Below are positions 36,738 to 48,685 of a DNA stretch of 64,000 nt, in pieces. The DNA lies in contig NC_068991.1 in NCBI RefSeq assembly GCF_001194135.2, forward strand, positions 13,029,445-13,093,444. Reading direction: 5' to 3'. The position numbers were made by a program, and so were the translations under genes. The DNA comes from Octopus bimaculoides. Taxonomy: Eukaryota. The notes under the pieces are model-generated. The model was not told the origin of the DNA, ran no database searches, and saw nothing but the letters and a program-made list of their open reading frames with translations. Every line of letters starts with the position of its first letter. The first letter of the stretch is position 1.

Positions 36738-37320
36738 AATGACATCAATATAGTGAAGTTGCTGCTGAATTATGACTACCATCCAGAACAGAACAAGGAC
36801 GTCAACAAAGCCGATCAACAGTTGACCAGAAAGACATCTCGACAGGTATTCAACCTGAAGATGATCGACCTGGAAAACAAAGCACCACAGACCAATGGCA
36901 ACAACTTTGCCGATGACGATGCCAACGATGGAAGGGCTTCAGCTGGTGCTGATGGCTCTGATTCTGCTGACAAGGAAGCCGACATAGAAAACGGAGATGG
37001 GCACAGTAGTGACGAGGAAGGGGACGTCGAGGACCAGGATGCTGACGCAGCGGACGCTGCCACAGAAAGCAGCGGGAGAGGCAGCGATGACGAGAAGGAC
37101 GATGAGGAAGATGATGACGGTGGTGATGATGAGGATGGGGACGAGGATGAGAATGCTGATGACAACAATGATGATTATGATGATGGACATGACACAGACG
37201 AACTAGAAGATGAAGAAGTTGATTTTGCACCCCAAGACAAGAAACCGGTTCTCCCAAGATTGAACTCCAAAGCTTCATCACAATTGAAATTGGGAAGCCA
37301 AACATCAAGCCTCAGATTTG
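36738..37320 (+). CDS. exon 30, 583 nt, carries a D/E-rich acidic low-complexity insert
   Basis: tttag / gtaagg, phase 0-1; starts NDINIVKLLL (end of an ankyrin repeat). Confidence 0.93.
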
Positions 37321-37879
37321 GTAAGGATTTTATGTTAATTCTCTGTTAACTATGTTAATAGTTGTGTTAATTTTTAATAGTTAATAGTTGTGTTAATAAT
37401 CATGTTAATAGTTGTTAATAGTGGAGGCGCAATGGCCCAGTGGTTAGGCAGCGGACTCACGGTTGTAGGATCACGGTTTCAATTTAAATTTAATGTGCAA
37501 GTGGTTGAGTATTCCTCAGATAAATGTCCCTTTCATATAATTCCCAAACTGAATCGTTGACAAAATATGCCGGAAGACCGTGACTTTTGAATTACCAATA
37601 GATTTCATCTGACATGTTTCCACACGCTTGCTTTTGGTTTGGCCTGAGGCCATGATAAAGAAGCATTCCCATGATGCCATACAGTGGAATAAAAACTGAG
37701 ACCGCATTTGTTGTGAAACTAACTCAGTCACTCAGCAATGGCTACACCCTTATATGTCTGTATGCGTGTTAAAATGATGATGATATCTATGCATACGCAC
37801 ATGCATACGCACATGCATACACTCTGATATGAATATATGGCTGTGTAGTTAAGAACTTTTGTTTTATAACATGTGGGAT

Positions 37880-38230
37880 TTGTTGTTCAATTCCACTGTG
37901 AGACAGTTTGGGCAAGTATAAATGGCACCTGTGAATTGTAGTCCTGGTTGCTTCCGGTGCCATGTAAATGATACCTGTGCATCGTGGTCGTTGATGGTAC
38001 CATGTAAATGGCACCTGTGAATTGTAATGGTCGTTGCTGGTGTCATGTAAATGGCACCTATGCTGGTGGCACATAAAAGCACTCATTACGCTCCTGGAGT
38101 GGTTGACATTAGAAAGGGCATCCAGCTGTAGAAACCATGCCAAATAAGACTGGAACCTGGTGCAGCTCTCTGGTTTATCAGCTCCATCAAACTGTCTAAC
38201 CCATGCCAGCATGAAGAGCAGATGAATGAT
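37880..38230 (+). mobile_element. Older family C-related SINE with internal aaatggcacc subrepeats
   Basis: gaaagggcatccagctgtagaaacc motif, degraded (GAT)n tail. Confidence 0.7.
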
Positions 38231-38716
38231 TATGATGAAACTGTATCGAAGCTCATCATATGTTTGTGCCTGTGGCACTTGTTACCATCTGAACAAAGCA
38301 GTGTAGTTAAGAACTTTGCTTTTTAGCATGTGGTTTCTTGTTCAATCCCATTGTGAGGTAGTTTGGGCAAGTGTCTTCTATGGCTATGGGCTGTAAGTGG
38401 AATTGGTAAATAGAAACTGTATGGAAGCCCATCATATGTGAGTGAGTGTGTTACCATCTGAGTAAAACAGTGATATGATGTTTACATTGACGTTACGGTT
38501 AGTTGATTTGTACCTTTTGAAGACCAGTGGAATAATGACTACTTTACTTGAAATCCAGGCAAAAATAGGTGCCTAGAATAATGTCTCTGTTCAATCCATG
38601 CTAACATGAAGAAATGCTCATTAAATGTATGAATGAATTCTAATTTATGTAGGTGTGGATTTCGTTCAGGATTAGTCTAAAAATTTCCTAAAATTTAACC
38701 TTATCTCTCATTTCAG

Positions 38717-38985
38717 ACAATATCCCTACGGTTGAGAAGACCAGTAGTGTGAATTTGAACTACACTGACAATGATGGACGAACTGTCCTACATCATCTTG
38801 TATGCCCTCTCGAGTATGGTACCTATGATAATGATGAAATCCTTTATGTGCTCTTCAAAGCTGGTGCACCCCTAGAATATGAAGATACTGCTGGCTTATC
38901 TCCCTTGAAGCATACTTTGATGAATGGAGCACCTAGACTAGCTCGTATGCTGCAGAAACTCACAAATGTTGAGCGAGATAAATGG
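38717..38985 (+). CDS. exon 31, ankyrin (DNDGRTVLHHLV...GLSPLKHT)
   Basis: ttcag / gtaagt, phase 1-0. Confidence 0.95.
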
Positions 38986-38992
38986 GTAAGTA

Positions 38993-39175
38993 TCTCTTTT
39001 ACTTGTTTCAGTTCTTTTGACTGCGGCCATGCTGGAGCACCGCCTTTAGTCGAGCAAATCAACCCCAGGACTTATTCTTTGAAAGCCTAGTACTTATTCT
39101 ATCGGTCCCTTTTTGCCGAACCGCTAAGTTACCGGGACGTAGACACACCACCATCGGTTGTCAAGCGATGTTGGG
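38993..39175 (-). mobile_element. SINE family B, 3' half
   Basis: Tail starts about 8 nt after the exon 31 donor. Confidence 0.88.
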
Positions 39176-39960
39176 GGGGCAGACACAGACACACAAACAC
39201 ACATATATATATCTTAGTAGCATTCTAGGGCCCTGGCAATTCAATGCAGTGGGCTCTATAGTATTTATTTATTGGCAGCTAATCACAGCATACATAGATC
39301 AGAATTGGTCCTCCCCTAGACCTCTGAGGCTCCCAGGCAACTGCCCAGTATACCCATGCTTTAAGACAGCATTGCACACTCCCTGAACATGTATATGTAT
39401 ATCCAAAAGCTGTGCCTCACTATCACTAAGGAAAGCCTACAAGGTTTTGCACACTATCAGTTCCTCTGGATCTAGGAAATAGAGAAAAAAATTGGATTAC
39501 TTTATCATCCTTCTGCCTTGGGGTAGCCATTTTAACACCGCTTTTGTCTGCCTTAAAATAAATCCAAAGCGAACAAGCCTACTAGGATTAATTTTATTTT
39601 ATGATGAAGAAAATTTTGTTCAATTAATTTCATTTTATGAAGAAGAAAATTTTGTTCAATGATATAAATGCAATTTAATTTTAAATACATTTTTATGAAT
39701 TAATCAGAAACATGGGGTTTTAATTTAATGTAATAACAAAATTAACGAACGCATTATTTATTCATGAATGTGTATATGTATGTATATGTGAATGTGTGTG
39801 TGTGTTTTGTAATTTAAAACTAAGATGGCAGTTCATGATTTAAGAAAGGTTCAGATTCTTTTCCTTGCAAGTTGGGTGACTGCTAATCTCTTACGTTGTC
39901 TCATTATTTTGTACTGTTTTTTTTTATTTCATTTTCATTGTTTTTTTTTTTCTTTCAAAG

Positions 39961-40139
39961 GAGAAACCAACTTTTACATGCTTAGGTGAAACTGATACGT
40001 TAATCAGCTCATTACCAACTGTAAACTTTGAAGAAGATAGTCAATCTATGGTGGTTCTGCTGAATCAAAATGCTGCTACATGCAATGATAGAGATAACAA
40101 ACCTGTACCTGACGCTAATTGCAATATTAAAGCAAGTGG
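39961..40139 (+). CDS. exon 32, linker before WGR (VNFEEDSQ...PDANC)
   Basis: caaag / gtaagt, phase 0-2. Confidence 0.88.
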
Positions 40140-40408
40140 GTAAGTATATTTGGGCTCAATGCAGAACTTAACACATTTCAAATGTAGAGCATATAAATTT
40201 TTTTTTTTAATCTTGATTCAAACATTAAAAAGTTGTATGTTTCACTGTGTATATATATCGATACTATTCCTCAGTGGTTACAATTTGGACCCTCTGATGA
40301 TGTTAAATACCAAAAATGTATTGGGGTGAATTAAATTGTCTATACTCATTTTGAAAATAGTGGCCTTGAGTCTAAGAAATCATTATTATTAATTATTAAT
40401 AATATTAA

Positions 40409-40951
40409 CCCTTTCGTTACCAGCCCGGCTAAAACAGGCTCTGGTTCTATACTACAAATGTCTAGTTTTCATAAGTTTTGAAATAAAATCTTCCACCAAA
40501 CCTTAGTCACAATTAATGGTCTTTTGACACTAGCTTAATGATAATCATTTAACGTCCACTTTCCATGCTAGCATGGGTTGGACGATTTGACTGAGGACTG
40601 GCGAACCAGATGGCTGCACCAGGCTCCAATCTGATCTGGCAGAGTTTCTACAGCTGGATGCCGTTCCTAACGCCAACCACTCCAAGAGTGTAGTGGGTGC
40701 TTTTACGTGCCACCAGCATGAGGGCCAGTCAGGCGGTACTGGTAATGGCCACGCTCAAAATGGTGTTTTTTTACGTGCCACTTCACAAAAGCCAGTCCAG
40801 CGGCACTGGCAACGACCTCGCTCGAATGTTTTTTTTCATGTGCCAGTGAGGAGATGTTGGTGATAACTGTAATTTTACTGAATTCTTTGTTATATCTAAA
40901 ATAATTGAGAGAAACACAGAGCATCTCAAAATAAAAACAGTAATGAAAGGG
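40409..40951 (+). mobile_element. MITE E (TTAA both sides) with a SINE C insertion at 40545-40860 (TGATAA duplication)
   Basis: TTAA at 40405-40408 and 40952-40955; TIR ccctttcgttac / gtaatgaaaggg. Confidence 0.85.
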
Positions 40952-41210
40952 TTAAGGTGGAAACTTGACAGAATTGTTTGCACGTCAGGCAAAATGTTGA
41001 GTGGCATTTCTTCTGGTTGTTATGTTCTGAGTTCAAATTCCACTGAGGTTGACTTTGCCTTTCATTGCTTTCTAATTGATAAAATACATACCAGTTAACC
41101 TCTGAGGTCAATATAATTGACTAGTTCCTTTCCTAAAATTGCAGGCCTTGAGCTTAGAATAGAAAGAATTATTTTATTATAATTAAAACTGTCCTATTTG
41201 TTTATTGCAG

Positions 41211-41316
41211 TGAAATTGTGTATGATACAAACCAAAATTTACCTTACGATATTCTACTAACCAAAGTAGATGTCTGCTGTGGTGTATGGGGAATGTATAA
41301 TTTTTATAAAATGCAG
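41211..41316 (+). CDS. exon 33, WGR domain N-terminal part (YDILLTKVDV...YNFYKMQ)
   Basis: tgcag / gtaagt; matches the WGR opening pattern Y-x-x-x-L...N-x-Y-x-Q. Confidence 0.93.
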
Positions 41317-41621
41317 GTAAGTTCTAAATCATTTTGTGACTTGAATTTTGAATAAAAGATTTACAATTTTTTTTAAAATTCAGTATTTGATGTTTACTTC
41401 CAAATTTCTCTGCTAGCTTGAGTTGGATGAACCCTCTCAAGCATAGCTTATTACTACTTTTACCTCTTCTTCCCATGTCTTCCTCTCCTGTTGACTTGAG
41501 CCTACCGTCATCCTTTACGTATCACATATCTGCACTAGTGCAGTCAGTTCCTTTGATGCTCATTTTTCTTTCCCCTCAGCTCATTTGTTCATGCTAACAT
41601 TACACATCTACCATGTTGTTG

Positions 41622-41905
41622 TTGTTGTTGGCACTCCATCGCTTACAACGTCAAGGGTTCCAGTTGATCCGATCAACAGAACAGCCTGCTCGTGAAATTA
41701 ACGTGCAAGTGGCTGAGCACTCCACAGACATATGTACCCTTAACGTAGTTCTCAGGGGATATTCAGCGTGACACAGTGTGACAAGGCTGACCTTTTGAAT
41801 TACAGGCACAACAGAAACAGGAAGTAAGAGTGAGAGAAAGTTGTGGTGGAAGAGTACAGCAGGGTTCGCCACCATCCCCTGCCGGAGCCTCGTGGAGCTC
41901 TAGGT
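41622..41905 (-). mobile_element. SINE family A (cut by N gap)
   Basis: (TTG)n tail and body, reverse complement of A. Confidence 0.9.
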
Positions 41906-42467
41906 NNNNNNNNNNNNNNNNNNNNNNNNNNNNNNNNNNNNNNNNNNNNNNNNNNNNNNNNNNNNNNNNNNNNNNNNNNNNNNNNNNNNNNNNNNNNNNN
42001 NNNNNNNNNNNNNNNNNNNNNNNNNNNNNNNNNNNNNNNNNNNNNNNNNNNNNNNNNNNNNNNNNNNNNNNNNNNNNNNNNNNNNNNNNNNNNNNNNNNN
42101 NNNNNNNNNNNNNNNNNNNNNNNNNNNNNNNNNNNNNNNNNNNNNNNNNNNNNNNNNNNNNNNNNNNNNNNNNNNNNNNNNNNNNNNNNNNNNNNNNNNN
42201 NNNNNNNNNNNNNNNNNNNNNNNNNNNNNNNNNNNNNNNNNNNNNNNNNNNNNNNNNNNNNNNNNNNNNNNNNNNNNNNNNNNNNNNNNNNNNNNNNNNN
42301 NNNNNNNNNNNNNNNNNNNNNNNNNNNNNNNNNNNNNNNNNNNNNNNNNNNNNNNNNNNNNNNNNNNNNNNNNNNNNNNNNTAAGTTTAAATAGTGTTTT
42401 TCTGGGCATTGTTTTTTTATATTTTTTTTTTTCATCCCATTTTTCTTTTAGAAGAAACAAATTATAT

Positions 42468-42627
42468 CATTCTGTTGTATCTGGGGAGAGTCATTTTTTT
42501 ATTGTGCCTTAAAATTTCACACACTCACCATTAAAATTTCCACTTATTTCTTATTTTGATTTTCCTAAAAATTTTCGTTTTTAAGGCACAATAAGAAAAT
42601 GACTCTCCCCAGGCACAACAGAATATG
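42468..42627. mobile_element. Small MITE with ~45-bp terminal inverted repeats
   Basis: attctgttgtatctggggagagtcat...gtgccttaaaa / tttaaggcacaataagaaaatgactctccccaggcacaacagaat. Confidence 0.7.
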
Positions 42628-42730
42628 CTTCAACACACGAAATCACATAAAAAATCTTGCAAACCAAATCCCAAAACGAAAATTATATCATTGTCGTGTT
42701 GTGACTCTAATCTTGTGTTCTTCATTTTAG

Positions 42731-42875
42731 ATTCAAGAATCACCCCAAAAAATATCGCCTCGTAGAAACCGAAGAACGCCAAAAATGTTTGAAGAAAACC
42801 AAGATAAATTTTGATCTCAATTCTGAATTACCCTCAAAGCTTCCTCCACGGTTACAAGAACTCATTAAGGAGTTG
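42731..42875 (+). CDS. exon 34, WGR C-terminus and start of regulatory domain (FKNHPKKYRL...SKLPPRLQELIKEL)
   Basis: tttag / gtaagg; opens in phase 2; resembles PARP1 'PKKF' and 'SKLPKPVQDLIKMI'. Confidence 0.93.
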
Positions 42876-43029
42876 GTAAGGAACTTTTTTATTTTATTTA
42901 TCTTATTTAGATTTTGTTTTTGTTACACTAGAGGTGAACCTCATTTTTACTTTTATTCCCTTTTTATTAGAAACAGTGACCAAACTGGATGTCTTCTGGT
43001 ATTAGTCCCAGTTTTTTTGTGGACTGGGT

Positions 43030-43430
43030 GATGTGTTGGGTTCTTGAGCAAAACACTTCATTTCACTTGTTAAGGTTACCTCTATAGATTTTCTACAGAA
43101 ATTGTAGCCATCATAATTACCTTAACAAAAGATGTGTTAGCACTGCTAACACAGTAGAACACAGTATTGACTTATAAAAACGTTTATTGTACTTCGTAGT
43201 ATATTATGGTTGTATAACGAAATACCAGGTCCCTACAGGTTATTAAGTTCATTTCATGTTGCTCCTGTCTACTCAGCTGGTAAAAATGAGTAATCCTGTG
43301 ATGGACTGGCATCCTGTCCAGGGACCCTTGGTTTGCCGCATTGGACCTTGTTAAATGTTCTGGTGGGGCTATTCTGCATTGTTCATCCTTCGTGACCTTA
43401 TGTCATGCCTTTCTAAGCCTGAGAATCCAG
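43030..43430 (+). mobile_element. V-SINE-like element, interrupted
   Basis: ttcttgagcaaaacactt and cctgtgatggactggcatcctgtccaggg motifs. Confidence 0.5.
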
Positions 43431-43694
43431 GAAACCAGTCCTTACAGAGTAGTGTGAACTAACCATGATCTACTTAGGTGGTAGTCTTAATCTGTTACCC
43501 ACTTTAATACCCCCACCTCACGCCTTTAACAAAATCAAGTCTGTTGCAAGCATTTGTGCCAGGTCTCCAGCTTGAGATACTGTCCTCTTGCTTCCTATAA
43601 GTCTTGGAGACATTGTAAAGTGCCATGGACACTGACTTCCATCCTAACTATAAAATTAAAAAACAACAACAAAAAAAAAACATTATTTTGCTTT

Positions 43695-43960
43695 TATTAC
43701 CCCCACCTTAGTGAAGGCAGAGGTATTGATTTCAGTGGCGTTTGTTTGTCTGTGGACAAGATATCTCGAGCACCACTGGATGGATTCTGATGAAACTTTC
43801 AGAGATGTCTGGCCTTGTGAGTGGCACGAACTGATTAGATTTTGAGATCGATCTGGTACCGGACAAGGATTCTGGATTATTTTTCGTTTTTTTTTTTAAC
43901 GTAATTTTTTGAGAGTGGTCAGGTTCATTTTTAGTATTCTTGGAGAGCGCTAGTGGCTAT
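43695..43960 (+). mobile_element. HINE/DINE-1-like non-autonomous Helentron
   Basis: ttattacccccacc...gtttgtttgtctgt...ggatggattctgatgaaactt...ttagattttgagatcgatc layout, inserted in a T-run. Confidence 0.55.
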
Positions 43961-44081
43961 GTGCCAGAGCATACTCTTGGTCTTTTAAATTTATAATATT
44001 TTCATGAAGGCATTATGTCTTCTTTTGGATGCTGTGTTTGTCTATTTTATTCATTTTGTTTTATTTTGTTTATCCTTTCAG

Positions 44082-44203
44082 AGCAATGTAAAGATGTTGT
44101 CTACAGCATATGGCCTGTGTGGAGTGGATGCTGAGATCATGCCATTTGGACAAATTAAAAAACCTGCTTTAATTGAAGGCTTGGACATTTTACATAAACT
44201 CAA
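44082..44203 (+). CDS. exon 35, PARP regulatory domain (MPFGQIKKPALIEGLDILHKL)
   Basis: ttcag / gtttgt, phase 0-2; MPLG-type motif. Confidence 0.92.
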
Positions 44204-45069
44204 GTTTGTATTCCTTTTTGCTGTTTGATTGATTATTGATATTACACTGTGTGACAAAATTATTTGTTTGTTTTTTTTTTTTTGTCTTTGGTCAGCAAGT
44301 GTTATTTTCTATTTGCTTCTATCAAAGGAAATTACTACTATTCCCTCTAAACTTTGCTTTTGTGACCTGGACATCAGTGTTTTGAAACTGATGTATTTCC
44401 CATTACATTTCAGACACATTCAGCGCTGACTCGCTGAAGCAGAAATATCATTATAGCAAATATTCTGCTTAATACCACAGATTTGCTTGTCTGTTGCTTG
44501 ATCCTAACCACTTGAGCATGTTCCTTAGTGGCCGACAATATATGAATCCCTGATCATGAGCAGGAGTAGTGGAAGAGCGTCATAGCCCTGTGTTGAGAGG
44601 GATTCTTTGGGGTTTGAATCAATGTAACAAAAGCAAAGTCTGAAAGAAATATTAGCCATTTTTCCTACTTTCTAGGCGTAAGCAAATAGAAAATAACAGT
44701 TGCTATCTAAGGTCAAAAATTGTGTTGCACAGTTCTATTCATTGGTTTGATTTACACTGGGCTTTTTGTTGTGTGGTGGGTTTTTGTTATTTTCAACTGC
44801 CGTACACTTTTGTCTTTACACTGCATGGTTATGTAGCTGAGAAGTTCACTTCACAACCAGGTAGTTTTGAGGTCCTGTCCCACTGTGCAGCACTTTGCCC
44901 AAGTGTCCTCTGCTATTACCCCTGGGGGAAACCCATGCCTCACTAATGAACTTGGTAGATGAAGATTGTACAACTAGATGCTCTTATTTAGTGGCTTAGT
45001 ATTTTATGTGGTATTTAGTTAATGTTACTTTTGTGGATGTTTTTTGTGGTGTGGACATACACCAAGACA

Positions 45070-45410
45070 CACTAACAAATATATTGTTTGCTGGCACTCC
45101 ATTGGTTACAACAAGTGTCCAGTTGATCCGGTCAATGGAACAGCCGACTCCTGAAGTTAACTTGCAAGTGGGTGAATACTCCACAGATATACACCCTTAA
45201 CATAGTTCTAAAGGAGATTCAGTGTAATACAGTATGTAACAAGTTGGCCCTTTTGAATTACAGGTGTAACTCATTTTTGCCAGCTGAGTGAACCGGAGCA
45301 ATGTAAAATAAAGTGTCTTGCTCAAGGACACAACCTGCCACCAGGAATTGAACTCACGACCTTACAGTTCAGCTGGATACCCTAATTACTAAGCGACACA
45401 CCTTCACAAA
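45070..45410 (-). mobile_element. SINE with family-A tail and a different core/head
   Basis: Tail aligns to A (ggcactcc...ccagttgatccg); core gtccttgagcaagacacttt. Confidence 0.7.
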
Positions 45411-45639
45411 TTGCAAGTTGATGATCGGAACTGGTTGTAAGGGTGAAAGACCAGTTGAAGTGTCTGTAGCTGGTTCCCTCAGAAGTTTCATATTTCTTTA
45501 TTGCCCACAAGGGGCTAACGTTTCTGCCAGCTCGCTGCCTTCCCTCCAAAGTTTCTCTCAGGACAACAGGTGCCAGCAGGAGAACGACACATAAATATGT
45601 ACATATATGTATATTCACATACACACACGCAACAAGCTT

Positions 45640-45890
45640 CCATGCTGTTTCCATCTACCAAATTTGTTCACAAGACATTGGTTGACCTGGGGCTTATAGT
45701 AAACACTTACCAAGGTGCGATATATACGACGGGCTTCTTTCAGTTTCCGTCTACCAAATCCACTCACAAGGCTTTGGTCGGCCCGAGGCTATAGTAGAAG
45801 ACACTTGCCCAAGGTGCCACGCAGTGGGACTGAACCCGGAACCATGTGGTTGATAAGCAAGCTACTTACCACACAGCCACTCCTGCGCCT
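45640..45890 (-). mobile_element. SINE family B head fragments (tandem)
   Basis: ctaccaaat...tatagta repeated; intact head to cactcctgcgcc. Confidence 0.85.
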
Positions 45891-45892
45891 TT

Positions 45893-45923
<31 letters not shown>

Positions 45924-46008
45924 GTTAAAGTACTGTTCTTAGGTTATTGGATTGTGGATATTTTCATTACAAGTTCAATACCTGTTTATTTTCTAATTTT
46001 TCCATCAG

Positions 46009-46084
46009 GGAGCTTATTGAAATGATTGATAAATCAAAACCCTCTACTGGACCAAACGAAGAATACCAAAAGAACTGTGAAAAA
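46009..46084 (+). CDS. exon 36, PARP regulatory domain
   Basis: atcag / gtaagt, phase 2-0. Confidence 0.88.
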
Positions 46085-46119
46085 GTAAGTTTTTCTTAAA
46101 TTTCAGGCTTATCTTTTTA

Positions 46120-46840
46120 ACATTCAGATTATCATGTCAAATGTTAATCCTTATTTATCCACATTGTTTTGAATTAATCATGCATTATCTCGTAGCTTTG
46201 AGATGATTTCAATATCATTGTTTATTTTTAGAATGACATTGTAGGGTAAGTGTGAGAGGCTGGATCTGGCTGGTCTAAACAATGGTAGAACATTTGGGCC
46301 TGGTGTAATTGGTTTAGATTAGTTGTTCTCAACCAGGCTCCTTATAACCCTTATTTCTTTATTGCCCACAAGGGGCTAAACACAGAGGGGACAAACAAAG
46401 GGATTAAGTTGATTACATCGACCCCAGTGTGTAACTGGTACTTAATTTATCGACCCCGAAAGGATGAAAGGCAAAGTCGACCTCGGTGGAATTTGAACTC
46501 AGAACGTAACGGCAGACGAAATACCGCGAAGCATTTCGCCCGGCGTGCTAACGTTTCTGCCACCTTGCCGCCTTCAGGTCCTTACGACCCTTGATGGGGT
46601 CTACATAAGATTTTGTTGCTAAATGTTATGTGCAGTAAACTCGTTATACTTCAATAATATGCAAAATATGTTAATTTGTTTTAATACAATTCCTAATAAC
46701 ATCTAATTATGAAAATATAAGATTTTTTTAAAACATTGAATGATTATGAGGGTCCAACCAAGCAAAATAGGAATCAAAGGGGGTCCTTCGGTAAAAAAAA
46801 AAAAAAGCAGTTGAGATCCACTGCTTTAAATGTTAAAGAG
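46120..46840. mobile_element. Three-level nest: MITE F > hAT MITE G (46320-46823) > SINE D (46351-46573, minus)
   Basis: G flanked by degenerate 8-mer gtttagat/ctttaaat; D flanked by caggctccttataaccctt/caggtccttacgaccctt. Confidence 0.78.
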
Positions 46841-47495
46841 TAAATGATATTTACAAAGTACAGCAGGCAACTTGATTTTTTCACTTCTTGTCTTTTCAAT
46901 GACACAATTATCTTCTTCCTATTAAGGCAACAAGTTGACAGAACCATTACAGTGCCAATGCCTTGTGGTATTCATTTTGAGAGCAGATTCCGCCAAGTAT
47001 CAATCTAGGACAGTGGGTTGGCACATCTGTAAGAACACCAGACTACATAACTTACAGCATTAGTTTTGGTCTTTTTGCATTGTGATTTAAAATTTTGCCA
47101 TAGTCAACTTGGCTGGTGGACTTTATACAAGAGAAACCCTTCTGATCAAAATTTCATGTTAATTTATGTTCCAAACACTAGATAAATTAATGACAGTTAT
47201 TTTACTAAATCCTTTGTTATTTTCAAAATTAATTGAAATAAAAGCAGTGTCTTTCATTGGCAATCATCATCATCATCGTTTAACATCTACCTTCCATGCT
47301 AGCATGGGTTGGACGATTTGACTGATGACTGGCGAACCGGATGGCTACACCAGGCTCCAATCTGATTTGGCAGAGTTTCTAGATTGGAGCCTGGTGTAGC
47401 AATATGGTAACAAAAGTGTTAAGTAAAACCAACCAAATAATTCAACACAATCACTTCCTTGTGTTATATTTGCCTGTTTTCTATTTTTCTTACAG

Positions 47496-47673
47496 ATAGC
47501 TAAATTAAGCAATGAATATTTCCACTTAATACCTCTAAAAGGATATGAATTTGAAAAAATCCGGCCGATTTATACTAAGAGTTCTCTGAAAAGTCAAATA
47601 AAAATGGTTGAAAATCTCTTAGATTATGAATTGGCAAGTCGTATACTACTAGGCGCACAGTTTCGGTTAAAAG
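47496..47673 (+). CDS. exon 37, PARP regulatory domain (LSNEYFHLIP...MVENLLDYELA)
   Basis: tacag / gtatat; resembles PARP1 'LSNRFYTLIP' and 'MLDNLLDIEVA'. Confidence 0.95.
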
Positions 47674-47736
47674 GTATATTGTTATTCTTGTATTTCTCTA
47701 TTTGTCTACAATTTTGATGTTATAATTCTTTTCCTT

Positions 47737-47792
<56 letters not shown>

Positions 47793-47875
47793 CAAAAATA
47801 TTTTTGCAGTTATGTATCTATTTACCTGTCTGTTTCCTCTATTTGTTTACATGCACATTTATTTATTCTTCACTT

Positions 47876-48150
47876 CATCATCATCATCGTTTAACGTCCG
47901 CTTTCCATGCTAGCATGGGTTGGACGATTTGACTGAGGACTGGTGAACCCGATGGCTACACCAGGCTCCAATCTGATCTGGTAGAGTTTCTACAGCTGGA
48001 TGCCCTTCCTAACGCCAACCACTCCGAGAGTGTAGTGGGTGCTTTTACGTGCCACTGGCACGAAGGCCAGTCAGGTGGTACTGGCAAAGGCCACGCTCAA
48101 AATGGTGTATTTTTTCGTGCCACCTGCACAGGAGCCAGTCCAGCGGCACT
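47876..48150 (-). mobile_element. SINE family C
   Basis: (CAT)n tail plus body. Confidence 0.88.
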
Positions 48151-48429
48151 GATTGAATTTCATGAACAACAATTTTATTTTTCATTTGTTCATTACAAAT
48201 TGAATTTCCTGAACAATATCCTTTGTTACTTGCTAGTTTCTTTCCATTTCGTTCATCGCATATAGAAAATGTATTTGTTCAAAAGCGCCTGATTTGTTGT
48301 CTTTCATGTCGGTATTTATTTACATCTTCTGCTGACATACTTCAGCAAACCATACACATAAACAGCTGACTGGTTTTTGCTCAGTTTCTGTTGATTAAAT
48401 TTCATTCAGAAGGCATTGATCAACCTGGG

Positions 48430-48685
48430 GTCAGCTGCTATTGAAACTGGTCTCTCAATAAACTGCTCAAAGGCAAAGGGCATATAATCATTGGGGAAAA
48501 TGATCTTACACTTTCATCAGAGTCCATTGAGCTAGTTGTTGATGTCTGCTACCTGGGCTCTTGTATTTGCTCTACATGATCAGCACCCAATAAGCTATGG
48601 AAGATTTGGGAAGTGTCACAATTGTTGTATGACCTAAAACTAGGCCTGTTTCATACTAGAGAATCTGTTCTGCTTTATAACTCTG
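48430..48685 (+). mobile_element. RTE-type LINE reverse-transcriptase C-terminal fragment
   Basis: GLSINCSKAK..., IELVVDVCYLGSCI, LKLGLFHTRESVLLYNSEW resemble GLxINxxKTK / YLGS / VLLYGSETW. Confidence 0.7.

Noticed and set aside
36815-37308. Antisense and off-frame ORFs rich in Ser, His or Ile/Met
   Set aside because: They are shadows of the acidic GAT/GAC-rich exon 30.
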